Part shown: positions 1 to 10,205 of the stretch, piece after piece
Layout: every line of letters starts with the position of its first letter
Numbering within the stretch: position 1 is the first letter of the stretch
Source of the DNA: Deltaproteobacteria bacterium
GTDB lineage: Bacteria; Desulfobacterota_D; UBA1144; Nemesobacterales; UBA2774
Direction: 5' to 3'
Assembly (NCBI GenBank): GCA_040223695.1
Contig: JAVKFU010000013.1
Location: 126,641 to 190,640 of the forward strand
DNA: 64,000 nucleotides
Notes under the pieces: model-generated
What the model was told of the DNA's origin: nothing
Seen by the model: the letters and a program-made list of their open reading frames with translations, nothing else
Databases searched by the model: none
Translations under genes and position numbers: made by a program

Positions 1-2067
1 ATGAGCCAGCAGCCGGAGCTCGATCTGAGAGTAATCGGCGGAAAGAAGCACGAATCCCTCTTCGGGGATAAAAGCTTCCCTGATACGCCTTCCCTGTGCC
101 GTCTTGATCGGGATATTCTGAAGATTGGGGTCGCTTGAGCTCAGTCTGCCCGTTGAAGAACCGACCGGGTTAAAAGATGTGTGAATCCTGCCGGTATTCG
201 GATTTATAAGCTTGGGAAGAGAGTCCACGTAGGTGGATTTCAGCTTTGAAAGGGTCCTGTGCTCAAGCACCTTCTCGGGTACTGAATGAAATTTACCAAG
301 GTCTGTGAGGACCTCGACATCTGTCGAAGGCTCTCCTGTTTTCGTGAGCTTCTTCTGTGGAAGATCGAGAGTATTGAACAAAACATCTCTTAATTGAATA
401 GGTGAGTTCAGATTAAACTCGTATCCGATCTCCGTGTATATCTCCTTTTCGATATCCGCAAGTCCCGATTCGAACTCCTTCGACAATTCCCTGAGTTTTG
501 CCGCGTCAACCTTGACACCGTTCATCTCGATACGAGCCAGAACCTCGATAAACTTGAGTGCAGTATCCCTGAACACATCCGAAACGCCGTTCTCCTCCAA
601 TTGAGGAGCAAGCTCTTTACCGAGCAGCATTGCCGCGTCGGCATCTTCACAGGCATAATCCCGCGCGGCCTCAAGCTCTACCTCATCGAATGTTATTTTC
701 GATTTTCCCGTACCCGTCACATCCTTGTATGAAATCATCTGGTGCCCCAGGTATAGCCTGGACAGCTCATCCAGACTGTAGCTGTTTCTGGATGAATCCA
801 GCATGTGGGCAGCAAGCATGGTATCGAACGAAATACCTCCGAGCCTAATCCCGTATCTCTCAAGCACGACAATTTCGTATTTGAGGTTTTGACCTATCTT
901 ATGAAGCCCCTCGTTCTCGATCGAGGGTTTTAACCTATCGAGCGTAAACCTCAGCTCAAGCTGAGGGGTTGAAGAATCGGCAAGCGACCTGTGAGCGACA
1001 GGGATGTAATAAGCCTCATGGGGAGCGGGACAAAGCGCGATGCCGACAATCTCCGCAATCATGGGATCCCGGGATGTCGTTTCAAGGTCTAACGAGACTT
1101 CCCCCGTATCCTCCATTCTTCGGATCACCCTATTCAAATCTTCTTCATTCAAAATAAGGGAATAGTTATCATAGGAAACCGGATCGTCATCATCCGTTTC
1201 CCTGTCCGCGCTTTCCGAGTCGCCAAGCTCACGAAGGAGGTTTTTGAACTCCAGCTCCTCGAATATCCCCCTCAGTTTTGCCTTATCGAACCCCTCGAAT
1301 CTCAATTTCTCAAGATCCATCTCAATTTCCACATCGGTTTTAATCGTAACGAGCTCCTTACTCATAAGAGCATCGCCCTTTTTTTCCTCAATCAGCTTTT
1401 TTTGTCTCGCCGTGACTTCGTCAAGATTCTCCAGGAGATTTTCGAGCGAGCCGAAATTTTTGATCAGGCTCACAGCGGTTTTCTCTCCTATGCCCTTCAC
1501 GCCGGGGATGTTGTCTACAGAGTCCCCGGCCAGAGCGAAAACATCCGTAACCCTCTCGGGAAGTACTCCGTATTTCTCCATTACATCATGAAGCCCGGTT
1601 TCTTTGTTCTTCATGGTATCAAGCAGGGTTACCTTATCCGAGACCAGCTGGCAGAAATCCTTGTCGCCGGTTACCACAACGACCTCAATCCCCTCTTTCT
1701 CATACCTCCAGGCGATAGTGCCGATGAGGTCATCCGCTTCATAGCCTTCCAACCGAAACTGCGGTATGTTGAACGCATCGACTATTTCATAAATCCTCTC
1801 AAACTGGGGGACGAGGTCTTCTGGAGGCGCCTCTCTGTTGGCCTTGTAGAGCGGATATATCTCGTTCCTGAATGTATCTCCCTTGGAATCGAATACGATT
1901 CCGAGATAATGGGGTTCATAATCTTTTAAGAACTTGAATAGCATAGAGGCAAAGCCGTACGCCGCATTCGTAGGAAATCCTTTAGATGTGCTGAGATGCC
2001 TGATTGCGTAATAGGCCCTGAAAATATAGGAGCTACCGTCGATCAGATACAAAACCTCTTTTTTCAT
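1..2067 (-). CDS. polA: DNA polymerase I (3' end runs off the window)
   Basis: Manual translation of the minus strand from ATG at 2067 gives MKKEVLYLIDGSSYIFRAYYAIRHLSTSKGFPTNAAYG (5'-3' exonuclease start). The frame reaches polymerase motif A, LLSADYSQIELRLLAH, at position 1. It is absent from the ORF track because there is no stop in the window. Confidence 0.97.
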   Translation of the reverse strand, partial: MKKEVLYLIDGSSYIFRAYYAIRHLSTSKGFPTNAAYGFASMLFKFLKDYEPHYLGIVFDSKGDTFRNEIYPLYKANREAPPEDLVPQFERIYEIVDAFNIPQFRLEGYEADDLIGTIAWRYEKEGIEVVVVTGDKDFCQLVSDKVTLLDTMKNKETGLHDVMEKYGVLPERVTDVFALAGDSVDNIPGVKGIGEKTAVSLIKNFGSLENLLENLDEVTARQKKLIEEKKGDALMSKELVTIKTDVEIEMDLEKLRFEGFDKAKLRGIFEELEFKNLLRELGDSESADRETDDDDPVSYDNYSLILNEEDLNRVIRRMEDTGEVSLDLETTSRDPMIAEIVGIALCPAPHEAYYIPVAHRSLADSSTPQLELRFTLDRLKPSIENEGLHKIGQNLKYEIVVLERYGIRLGGISFDTMLAAHMLDSSRNSYSLDELSRLYLGHQMISYKDVTGTGKSKITFDEVELEAARDYACEDADAAMLLGKELAPQLEENGVSDVFRDTALKFIEVLARIEMNGVKVDAAKLRELSKEFESGLADIEKEIYTEIGYEFNLNSPIQLRDVLFNTLDLPQKKLTKTGEPSTDVEVLTDLGKFHSVPEKVLEHRTLSKLKSTYVDSLPKLINPNTGRIHTSFNPVGSSTGRLSSSDPNLQNIPIKTAQGRRIREAFIPEEGFVLLSADYSQIELRLLAH

Positions 2068-2075
2068 ACCCGTAC

Positions 2076-2104
2076 AGTTTAGGTATTAAAGGGAGTGGTG
2101 TCAA
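2076..2104 (-). promoter_or_regulatory. sigma70-type promoter for polA, TTGACA-N17-TAAACT
   Basis: Perfect -35 at 2104-2099 and -10 at 2081-2076. The ATG is 8 nt further on, with no SD. Confidence 0.65.
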
Positions 2105-2517
2105 AGCCGGCTGCGGTCCCGGGAAATGCCCGATGGCCATTGATCCGGTTATTTCTTCAGGAGACGTTTAAAGGAACTCCTAACAATTAGAAATAAACGC
2201 GTCAGGCGGGAATATCCCTCCTCGATATGGACATCAAACAGTATCTATTATCGATGCAGACTTTTAAAATTCCGCCTCCGTTCTTCGATTTACATATCAT
2301 ATTATCGGATTAGGAGAGTTACAGTGGCCAAATGTCCCGATGATAAAATATTACGAAACAAATGACCTTGAAGTAGGACCGCAAATTTATAAATTCACGC
2401 CCCCGTATATCATGCATCTAAACTTTTAAGGGCACTCTTTATCTTTTAACCCAAATTATGAATACTATCAGCGGTATCGAGACAGACCGACAAGCTCTTG
2501 AAATAAAGGGAGGGAGA

Positions 2518-2859
2518 ATGAAAACTCTTTTAATTCAGTGGATCGTAAGCGCCGCAAGCCTGCTCATAGTCGCGCATATAATTCCGGGATTCGTGGTAAA
2601 AGGGATCGGAACAGCTCTGATCGCGGCTATAATTATAGGCTTGATAAACGCCACAATCGGACTCTTTCTTAAGATTATTACACTTCCGCTCTCCATATTA
2701 ACATTCGGCATCTTCCTTCTGATTATAAACGCGCTCATGCTAATGCTGGCCTCTTCTATTGTTTCGGGTTTTCAGGTGGAGGGGTTCTGGACCGCCTTTT
2801 TCGGCGCGGTAGTGCTTGCTCTGGTTAGCATGGTCCTGCGCCATCTGTTAGTGGATTAA
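2518..2859 (+). CDS. 4-TM phage-holin-family (YvlD-like, superfamily IV) membrane protein
   Basis: Four hydrophobic segments and the motif PLSILTFGIFLLIINALML; SD GGGAGGGAG before ATG 2518. No phage genes nearby. Confidence 0.85.
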   Translation: MKTLLIQWIVSAASLLIVAHIIPGFVVKGIGTALIAAIIIGLINATIGLFLKIITLPLSILTFGIFLLIINALMLMLASSIVSGFQVEGFWTAFFGAVVLALVSMVLRHLLVD

Positions 2860-2866
2860 TAACTGC

Positions 2867-3892
2867 TCAGAGATGAGGCTGGATAATAATTTTAATGGAA
2901 TCCCGCGCCTCCTCGACCATACGGAAGCCTTTAAGCGTGTCGGAAAGGGGAAGCCTGTGTGTAACCATATCCCTTACGTTTACCCGGCCCGCTCTGATAA
3001 GCTCGAGAGCGAGTGCGAGATCCGAAGGGGAAGCCGCGTAGGAACTGACTGTCTTAATTCCCGACCACCAGAATTCGTTAAAAGGTATGGAAATAGAGGC
3101 ACCCGGCCCTGAAGGCGCAAAGAAAAGAATAGTTCCGCCGGGCTCCACAAGACCGAAAGACTCCTCGATTGCTGATTTCGCGCCTGTGCAGACAATAACA
3201 AAGTCCGCAAGGCGGCCGTCATTAACCTCCCTTGTGAATGAAGCTACATCTTCCCCTGCCTTAACCGCGTAATCAGCGCCGAAGCGCGCGGCCGCGCTTA
3301 ATCTATAATCGCTGACGTCGGTGGCTATGATCCGTCCCGCCCCCTGCGCGCGAGCGAGCTGTATGTGAAGAAGCCCGGTAATACCGCTACCCATAACGAG
3401 CACGCTGTCAGTGATCTGAAATCCCGCAAGACGCTGCCCCCGGAGAACACAACCGAGCGGCTCTACAAAAGAAGCCTCATCGTATGAAACCTCATCCGGA
3501 AGCTTAAGCACTCCCCGATCGACATTGATTGCGGGTATACGAATATATTCCGAAAAGCCTCCCGGATCGAAATGCGTAGTTCTTAAGGTACCACAAGAGG
3601 AATGATTCCCTCTCAGGCAATGGTGGCAGGTATTGCATGGGACATGATGCGTCGCCATGACCCGGTCACCGGGCTTGAATTCTAGAACCCCCTCTCCCAC
3701 CTCCACCACTTCACCCGCGATCTCGTGCCCAAGAACCAGAGGCGCCTTGGGAAGCCGGTACCATTCCATCAGATCGCTTCCGCAGATACCGCTCGCTTGC
3801 ACCCGTATGAGTATCTCACCGGGCCCTATTACGGGAACGGGAATCTCCTCAAGCCGCACGTCCCTGTTGTTGTAGTACATGGCTACACGCAT
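2867..3892 (-). CDS. Zinc-dependent medium-chain dehydrogenase (sorbitol/threonine dehydrogenase-like)
   Basis: GICGSD, GHE and structural-zinc CxxCxxC...C motifs, plus a Rossmann GxGxxG variant. Start placed at MRVAMYY (3892); 3925 is an alternative. Confidence 0.9.
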   Translation of the reverse strand: MRVAMYYNNRDVRLEEIPVPVIGPGEILIRVQASGICGSDLMEWYRLPKAPLVLGHEIAGEVVEVGEGVLEFKPGDRVMATHHVPCNTCHHCLRGNHSSCGTLRTTHFDPGGFSEYIRIPAINVDRGVLKLPDEVSYDEASFVEPLGCVLRGQRLAGFQITDSVLVMGSGITGLLHIQLARAQGAGRIIATDVSDYRLSAAARFGADYAVKAGEDVASFTREVNDGRLADFVIVCTGAKSAIEESFGLVEPGGTILFFAPSGPGASISIPFNEFWWSGIKTVSSYAASPSDLALALELIRAGRVNVRDMVTHRLPLSDTLKGFRMVEEARDSIKIIIQPHL

Positions 3893-3950
3893 ATTGGAAC
3901 TCCGCGCTTTGGAAACTTCAGGCATGGTAAGTATGACTCCGCCTCGGCGC

Positions 3951-4766
3951 TCAGGCGCTGGCCACCTTTTTGGATTCTTCTTCTTTTATAGAAAGAAAAA
4001 GCTCATGAGCCTGCTTTGGTTTATTATTTTCATGAACTATAGACCGTATAGCCCTGATAATTGCCACAGGGTAATCGTTCTGCCAGATATTCCTACCCAT
4101 ATCGACGCCGACCGCGCCCTGCTGTATGGCGTTGTAGGTTATCTCCAGAACATCCATTTCGGTCTCGAGCTTCGGCCCCCCGGCAATTACAATCGGAGCC
4201 GGGCAGCTCGTTGTAACCTTCTCGAAATCTTCGCAGTAGTAGGTTTTCACGATGTGCGTTCCGAGCTCGGCGCAGATGCGGCAGCAAAGGGACAGATAAC
4301 GCGCATCCCTTTTCTCAAGCTCTTTTCCCACGGCGGTTATACCAAGCACCGGAATGCCGTATTCTTCTCCCTTATCGACAAGCTCGGCAAGATTGAGAAG
4401 CGTCTGACGCTCATGCTCGCTTCCTACGAAAACCGATATACCCACGCCGGCTACATTCAACCTTATTGCGTCTTTAAATGATGTGGTAAACCCCTCGTCG
4501 CTAAGATCAGGACCCACAATGCTGGATCCGCCCGAGACTCTGAGCACGACATTTGCGCAGGATTCAGGATCAACCGACGTCCTAAGCACTCCTCTCGTCA
4601 GCATTATCGTATCTGCATACGGCAATAACGGCGTGATCGTGTCCCGGGGGACTTCAAGCCTGTGTGTCGGGCCAAGGAAATATCCGTGGTCGAACGCAAG
4701 CATAACGGCTCTCCCGGTTTGGGGGTTAATAATTCTGGCCATACGGTTTTTCATGCCCCAGTCCAT
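3951..4766 (-). CDS. lsrF: LsrF-like class I aldolase/thiolase (DhnA/FbaB family)
   Basis: MDWGMKNRMARI...AFDHGYFLGPT, catalytic Lys in VKTYY, IAGGPK, GVDMGRNIWQ. SD GAGAGG precedes ATG 4766. Confidence 0.85.
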   Translation of the reverse strand: MDWGMKNRMARIINPQTGRAVMLAFDHGYFLGPTHRLEVPRDTITPLLPYADTIMLTRGVLRTSVDPESCANVVLRVSGGSSIVGPDLSDEGFTTSFKDAIRLNVAGVGISVFVGSEHERQTLLNLAELVDKGEEYGIPVLGITAVGKELEKRDARYLSLCCRICAELGTHIVKTYYCEDFEKVTTSCPAPIVIAGGPKLETEMDVLEITYNAIQQGAVGVDMGRNIWQNDYPVAIIRAIRSIVHENNKPKQAHELFLSIKEEESKKVASA

Positions 4767-4805
4767 ATCAATTACACCTCTCATTTAATGGAATTTATTC
4801 CAAAA

Positions 4806-4834
4806 ACTTTAAAGGAACGGGCAATAGTTGTCAA
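4806..4834 (-). promoter_or_regulatory. sigma70-type promoter for lsrF operon, TTGACA-N17-TAAAGT
   Basis: Consensus -35 and good -10 with 17-nt spacing, about 40 nt upstream of the start codon. Confidence 0.6.
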
Positions 4835-5141
4835 TTAAACACATGGATCTCAGAAAAACAGTAAAACAGGTCTAATCTTTTACCTGATCAGGGTCCTTCA
4901 TGCTGTCTTAATATTAGCAAGCTGTAATATCATGCAGCCAATCCGGGGGAACCCGGAAACCCCGCCCGAAGAGACAAGCAAATGCGTTAAATAGAGAGAA
5001 CAACTTGTTAGCAATTGCACATAAATATCTGTGTACACTAAATTTATTTATGTAATATCAGGGTATTACCTGTTTACAGTTTATTCGCATTTGCAAAAAT
5101 ACTGCTTGACTCCGGGCGGTTTAGCCTTACATTATATACAT

Positions 5142-5612
5142 ATGGATAAAGCCGTGAACAGATATGAAAAGGGTATTGAAAAGTTCAAGGAAATCAAGGG
5201 AGACGGCGCCGAGGGTTCAATAGAAAGGTTAAAATCTCTCAATCCCGACCTTGAGAAATTAATCATGGAATTCGCTTTCTGCGATGTGTACAAGAGGCCT
5301 TCTCTGGACTTAAGATCCAGAGAGATAGCCACAATCGCCTCCCTCGCTACATTGGGGAACGCGCCACAGCAGCTTAAGGTGCATGTGCAGGCGGCCCTGA
5401 ACGTAGGGGTCAAGAAAGAAGAAATCGTAGAGGTGATTCTTCAAATGGCCATATATGCGGGGTTTCCGGCGGCCATTAACGCCATGCAGGCGGCATGCGA
5501 GGTTTTTGACGAAATAGATAATAAAAACAAAACAATTTCAAACGGCAAAAGCAAAAAAATCGAGTTGAACAAAAAAAGTTGGCATCGATATGATAAAACA
5601 CAATTACGGTAA
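5142..5612 (+). CDS. Carboxymuconolactone decarboxylase (CMD/AhpD-like) family protein
   Basis: LDLRSREIATIASLATLG...QLKVHVQAALNVG...QMAIYAGFPAA is typical of CMD. ATG 5142 is preferred over 5031. Confidence 0.88.
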   Translation: MDKAVNRYEKGIEKFKEIKGDGAEGSIERLKSLNPDLEKLIMEFAFCDVYKRPSLDLRSREIATIASLATLGNAPQQLKVHVQAALNVGVKKEEIVEVILQMAIYAGFPAAINAMQAACEVFDEIDNKNKTISNGKSKKIELNKKSWHRYDKTQLR

Positions 5613-6570
5613 AGCCAAAGTTAACGGAATTGATATTTACTATGAAATTCACGGCACGGGCGAGCCGCTCTTACTTGTAGAGGGGCTCGGCTACTCCGCA
5701 TGGATGTGGTACAAGCAGATACCGGAGCTTTCAGAACGCTACCAGTTAATAGTATTTGATAACAGGGGCGCCGGCAATACGGACAAGCCCGATTCAGAAT
5801 ATACAATCGAGATCATGGCGGACGACGCGGCCGGGCTTTTGAGGACGCTCGGGGTTGAATCCGCCCACGTGCTGGGTATATCTCTTGGAGGATTCATAGC
5901 CCAGGAGCTTGCGCTGAGACATCCGGATCTGGTCAAGAGCCTTGTACTGGTTTCGACAAACTCCGGTTCCCGGCGAAATACGATCACAAAGTATTCTCAG
6001 CTCTGGAACGGCTATTTGAAGCTCTGGGGGTTTCTACCGGGAATAATGGAGACGAGCGGAAAGGCAAGTATACCCGGAAAAATTGAGCCCTATTACGGCC
6101 TGCCGAAGGAAGAGAAAATCCGTTACGGGCTCATGTCGGCTTTCACGCCTGAATACTACAGGAATAACCCGGATGAGATCGACCGGATAGTTGAGTGGAG
6201 ATTGAGCAATCCTCAGCCCACATACGCATGGAAGCGTCAATTCAGGGCCGGCGTGCAATTTGATTCGAGCGAGAGAGCATCTCTGATTAAGCAGCCGACA
6301 CTCGTGATTAACGGTTCAGAAGATAAGATAGTCACACCTGAAAGCGCAAAAGCCCTTTCAGATACAATACCGGCCTCGAGATTTGTACTGTTTGAAGAGT
6401 CGGGACATCTTCTGTTTATAGAGCAGTCGGATAAATTCAACTCTACAGTGCTCGGGTTCCTGGACGAGGTAAGCGAAAAATCCCCGGATGATGAATCCGA
6501 ATGGTGGAAGAAAATAAAATCGTTTTTTAAAGACAAGAAAAGAGACGGGGACAGGACTAAGCTGAACTAG
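5590..6570 (+). CDS. Alpha/beta hydrolase (3-oxoadipate enol-lactonase-like)
   Basis: FDNRGAG, nucleophile elbow GISLGG, GSEDKIV, catalytic His in SGHLL. Overlaps the CMD gene end. Confidence 0.88.
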   Translation: MIKHNYGKAKVNGIDIYYEIHGTGEPLLLVEGLGYSAWMWYKQIPELSERYQLIVFDNRGAGNTDKPDSEYTIEIMADDAAGLLRTLGVESAHVLGISLGGFIAQELALRHPDLVKSLVLVSTNSGSRRNTITKYSQLWNGYLKLWGFLPGIMETSGKASIPGKIEPYYGLPKEEKIRYGLMSAFTPEYYRNNPDEIDRIVEWRLSNPQPTYAWKRQFRAGVQFDSSERASLIKQPTLVINGSEDKIVTPESAKALSDTIPASRFVLFEESGHLLFIEQSDKFNSTVLGFLDEVSEKSPDDESEWWKKIKSFFKDKKRDGDRTKLN

Positions 6571-7754
6571 CCATTGGAAGCATTAATAGAATCATAAGCG
6601 GCGCGGAAAGCACGGAGCGCACGCTCAATATGTTCTTCCGTGTGTTTTGCCATCAATGTGGCTCTTATTCTGCACATTCCGACCGGGACGGAGGGAGGCC
6701 TTACAGCGGGCGTGTAAACACCGTGCTCCCTTAAAGCACCCGCAAACTTGAGCGAGGGCTCCGCGTCACCTATTAAAACCGGTATGATAGCCGAGTCGGT
6801 TGGAAGTATTTCAAGCCCGATTTCCTCTATCCCCGACCTGAATTTATTTATCAGAGACCAGAGATACTCTCTTCTCTCCGGCTCGTTCTCGATAATTTCT
6901 ATCGCCGCCAAAGAAGCGGCGAGCGAAGGAGCCGGCAGGGAAGTATCGAATATATAGCTACGCACCCGGTTTCTTATAAAATCTATCAATTCCCGACTTC
7001 CCGCTATGTACCCTCCGAGAGAACCTATGGCCTTCGAGAGAGTTCCCATAACGATTGGCACGCTGTCCTCAACGCCGTAATGTTCTGTTGCCCCGCTTCC
7101 CCTCTTGCCGAGAACACCGGTTGCGTGCGCCTCATCTATCATTAGCATGCAGCCGTACCTCTCGGACAGTTGAACCAGCTCGGGCAGTGGAGCGAGGTCC
7201 CCGTCCATACTGAACACCGTATCGGTTACTATCAGCTTCTTACATCTACGACCCTGATCCGCTGAAACGAGGGAATTCAGATGATCGAGATCCAGATGCC
7301 TGTATATATTAACTTTAGAGCGCGACAGCCTGCATCCGTCAATGATGGACGCGTGGTTGAGCTCGTCGCTGTATATTATGTCCTTCTCTCCCATAAGCGA
7401 GGAGATTGTGCCTATATTTGCGAGGTAACCTGAACTGAAAAGAATGGCGGCCTGGGTATTTTTAAACCCGGCGATACGATCTTCAAGCTCCCTGTGGAGA
7501 TCCGAGCTTCCGCTCACGAGACGCGAGCCGCCGGAGCCTGTGCCGTATTTCTGAAGGGCTAGTGTTGCGGCCTCAATAACCTTTGGATCCACCGACAGGC
7601 CCAGATAGCTGTTCGAGCCGAAGAGTATATAGCTCTTGCCGCCTATAATAATTTCAGGAGACTGCCCCGTCTCAATTTCGGTGAGTATACGGAAGAGACT
7701 TTTATCTCTTATAGTTTTTAAATCTTCTTCTATCCATCGAAGAGGATCATGCAT
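6567..7754 (-). CDS. bioF: 8-amino-7-oxononanoate synthase
   Basis: SNSYLGL, GSGGSRLVSG, SDELNHASIIDG, DEAHATG, PLP Lys in GTLSKAIG, VRPPSVP. Confidence 0.95.
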   Translation of the reverse strand: MHDPLRWIEEDLKTIRDKSLFRILTEIETGQSPEIIIGGKSYILFGSNSYLGLSVDPKVIEAATLALQKYGTGSGGSRLVSGSSDLHRELEDRIAGFKNTQAAILFSSGYLANIGTISSLMGEKDIIYSDELNHASIIDGCRLSRSKVNIYRHLDLDHLNSLVSADQGRRCKKLIVTDTVFSMDGDLAPLPELVQLSERYGCMLMIDEAHATGVLGKRGSGATEHYGVEDSVPIVMGTLSKAIGSLGGYIAGSRELIDFIRNRVRSYIFDTSLPAPSLAASLAAIEIIENEPERREYLWSLINKFRSGIEEIGLEILPTDSAIIPVLIGDAEPSLKFAGALREHGVYTPAVRPPSVPVGMCRIRATLMAKHTEEHIERALRAFRAAYDSINASNG

Positions 7755-7810
7755 ATATCAGGCGGAGTAAAACTTTTTATTTTGACTCTAAGAAATTCTC
7801 GTTCGTAGGA

Positions 7811-9169
7811 TCACTGTCCTTCTGTAGCTTCTTTGATTGAATTATACGTTACGCGGACAAGTTTTTTCAAATCCTCCATCGGTATCCCTATAGGAGGCAT
7901 CAGAACCACAACATTGCCGAGGGGCCGAATCAGCACTTCATTCTCCATAGCCAGCTCAGCTACCTTCCAGCCCATTTTCATTTCAGCAGGGAAGGGAGCT
8001 TTTTTCTCTTTGTCCCGCACAAGCTCTATTCCCGCCATAAATCCCTTGTTTCTCACATTGCCCACGTGCTTAAGACCGTTAAATTCTCGGAGCTCGTTTT
8101 CCAGATACTCGATTTTTTCTTGAAGGTTATGGAGGGAGTCGTAATTTTCAAAAGCCTTCAGGTTTCCCCTTGCAGCAGCGCAGGAGAGTGGATTTCCGGC
8201 GTAGCTGTGACCGTGAAAAAATGTTTTAAACTCCTCGTAATCCCCCAAAAACGCATCGTAAACATCCTGAGTCGTTATTGTGGCTGAAAGAGGCAGATAT
8301 CCTCCGGTCATGCCCTTTCCGAGAACCAGAATGTCGGGCGTCACGCTTTCATGTTCGCACGCGAACATCTTGCCTGTTCTGCCGAAACCGGTCGCGACTT
8401 CATCTAGTATCATAAGGACGCCGTACTTATCACAATACTCACGCACCTTTTTCAGATAACCGGGGGGAGAGACGATCATGCCGCCCGCGGCCTGCACATA
8501 GGGCTCGAATATTATTCCCGCGACCTCCTCGTGGTGTTCTTTTAATATTTTTTCAATCTCATCGGCGCAGGCGATACCGCATGAAGGGTAGGTTTTACCG
8601 AGGGGACACCTGTAACAGTAATATGACGGCGCCTGAAAAGTCTCGAACAGAAGAGGCTTGAACGCGGCGTGGAAAAGATCTATTCCGCCCACCGAGACCG
8701 CACCAAGTGTATCGCCGTGATAACCGTTCTCAAGACAGATAAACTTCGACTTGCCTGTCTTTCCCTTGTGCCGCCAATATTGATAGCTCATTTTAAGCGC
8801 GACTTCGACCGCGCTCGCGCCGTCGCCCGAGTAAAAAACCTTCTTTAATCCGGGAGGACAAATCTCTATAATCTCTTTTGCAAGCTCCGCCGCCGGTGGG
8901 TTCGTAACGCCCAATAACGTGCTATGGCTTAGTCTGTCGACCTGCTCTTTAATCGCATTATCTATCTCGGGAACTTTATGGCCGTGGATGTTGACCCACA
9001 GTGAGGACACTCCGTCTATATACCTTTTGCCCTCAGAATCAATCAGATACGCCCCATCCCCCCCTTCGATAACTAAAGGATCCTTTTTTTCGTATTCCCT
9101 CATCTGGGTGAAGGGATGCCATACGAACTCTTTATCATACGCTCCTAATTTTTTCGTTCTATCGGACAT
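7811..9169 (-). CDS. bioA: Adenosylmethionine-8-amino-7-oxononanoate transaminase
   Basis: WHPFTQM, DGVSSLWVNIHGH, GYHGDT, DEVATGFGRTG, GKGMTGG. The likely start is MSDRTKK at 9169. Confidence 0.95.
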   Translation of the reverse strand: MSDRTKKLGAYDKEFVWHPFTQMREYEKKDPLVIEGGDGAYLIDSEGKRYIDGVSSLWVNIHGHKVPEIDNAIKEQVDRLSHSTLLGVTNPPAAELAKEIIEICPPGLKKVFYSGDGASAVEVALKMSYQYWRHKGKTGKSKFICLENGYHGDTLGAVSVGGIDLFHAAFKPLLFETFQAPSYYCYRCPLGKTYPSCGIACADEIEKILKEHHEEVAGIIFEPYVQAAGGMIVSPPGYLKKVREYCDKYGVLMILDEVATGFGRTGKMFACEHESVTPDILVLGKGMTGGYLPLSATITTQDVYDAFLGDYEEFKTFFHGHSYAGNPLSCAAARGNLKAFENYDSLHNLQEKIEYLENELREFNGLKHVGNVRNKGFMAGIELVRDKEKKAPFPAEMKMGWKVAELAMENEVLIRPLGNVVVLMPPIGIPMEDLKKLVRVTYNSIKEATEGQ

Positions 9170-9236
9170 TATTAAATCTATACAGGGTGTTTTTGAAATC
9201 AGGGCGGCGGTCTGAAAGTTCCGACTCTGGTCCGGA

Positions 9237-10205
9237 TCAATTGACGTCTGTTCTGACAGGCATTTCCAGGTCATCGAGCATTCTGAGGTCCTCTTCGGGC
9301 GATCTGCCGGTCGTTGTGAGATAATTTCCCAGGATCATGGCGTTCGCTCCGGCAAGAAGCCCCATAGCCTGCAAGTCGCGAAGAGTTACTTCCCTTCCTC
9401 CGGCAGTCATTAGTATTTTATCGGGCAGAATGAGCCTGAAAATCGAGATGGTTTTTACGGCCTCAAACGGCGGCACGGTGGATAATTTTTCAAAAGGAGT
9501 CCCGGGTCGAGGATTTATGAAGTTGATCGGGACCCAGCTTGGACCCAGCTCCCTCAACTCGAAGGCCAGCTCGAGCCTTTGCCTGACGGACTCTCCCAAG
9601 CCCAGTATACCCCCGCAGCAAAGGTTCATACCCGCTCTTTTTACGAGCTCTGCTGTCTTGACCCTGTCATCGTAAGTGTGAGTAGTGCAGATATTGGGGA
9701 AGTAGCTTCTACATGTCTCGAGATTATGGTTATAACGCCATACTCCGTGTTCCTTCAGTTCGTATGCCTGTTCTTCTTTAAGGTCGCCAAGGGAGCATCC
9801 GATCTTCAGACTTGTTTCCTCGCGCAGCAGGTCAACAGCTTCAAGCACCTTTTTAAAAATCCTTGGGGTAGGCCCCTTTGCGCTGATTACTATACAAAAA
9901 TCCATCGCCCCCATCTTTTCCGCCTGCTTTGCCGCCAACAGTATTTTCTCGGCGGCCATCAGCGGGTGGGCGTTAACCTCCGTATCAAAATGCGTCGACT
10001 GAGAACAAAAAGAACAGTCCTCGGGACAGTTCCCCGTCTGAGCGCTGATTATCGAACGAAGGAATACCCCGTCGCCCTTATACTTCAACGTGACTTTTCT
10101 CGCCAGCGATAGCAAGTCCGGAACCTGTGACTTGGGAATTTCTGTTAAACTCAACGCTTCATTAAAAGTAATAGGTTCCCGATTGACCAAAAGCTTATCC
10201 GACAC
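9237..10205 (-). CDS. bioB: Biotin synthase
   Basis: Radical SAM motif CPEDCSFC, YNHNLET, CCGGILG, VPINFINP, GNYLTTTG. The start codon is uncertain (GTG 10205). Confidence 0.95.
   Translation of the reverse strand: MSDKLLVNREPITFNEALSLTEIPKSQVPDLLSLARKVTLKYKGDGVFLRSIISAQTGNCPEDCSFCSQSTHFDTEVNAHPLMAAEKILLAAKQAEKMGAMDFCIVISAKGPTPRIFKKVLEAVDLLREETSLKIGCSLGDLKEEQAYELKEHGVWRYNHNLETCRSYFPNICTTHTYDDRVKTAELVKRAGMNLCCGGILGLGESVRQRLELAFELRELGPSWVPINFINPRPGTPFEKLSTVPPFEAVKTISIFRLILPDKILMTAGGREVTLRDLQAMGLLAGANAMILGNYLTTTGRSPEEDLRMLDDLEMPVRTDVN

Noticed and set aside
630-1929. Plus-strand ORFs over 630-1929 and similar antisense ORFs over gltB, mfd, nurA and others
   Set aside because: They are shadow frames of well-supported genes on the opposite strand and carry no recognisable motifs.
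2518-2859. Holin-family gene as evidence of a prophage
   Set aside because: This family is common in chromosomes; there is no endolysin, integrase or structural gene nearby.
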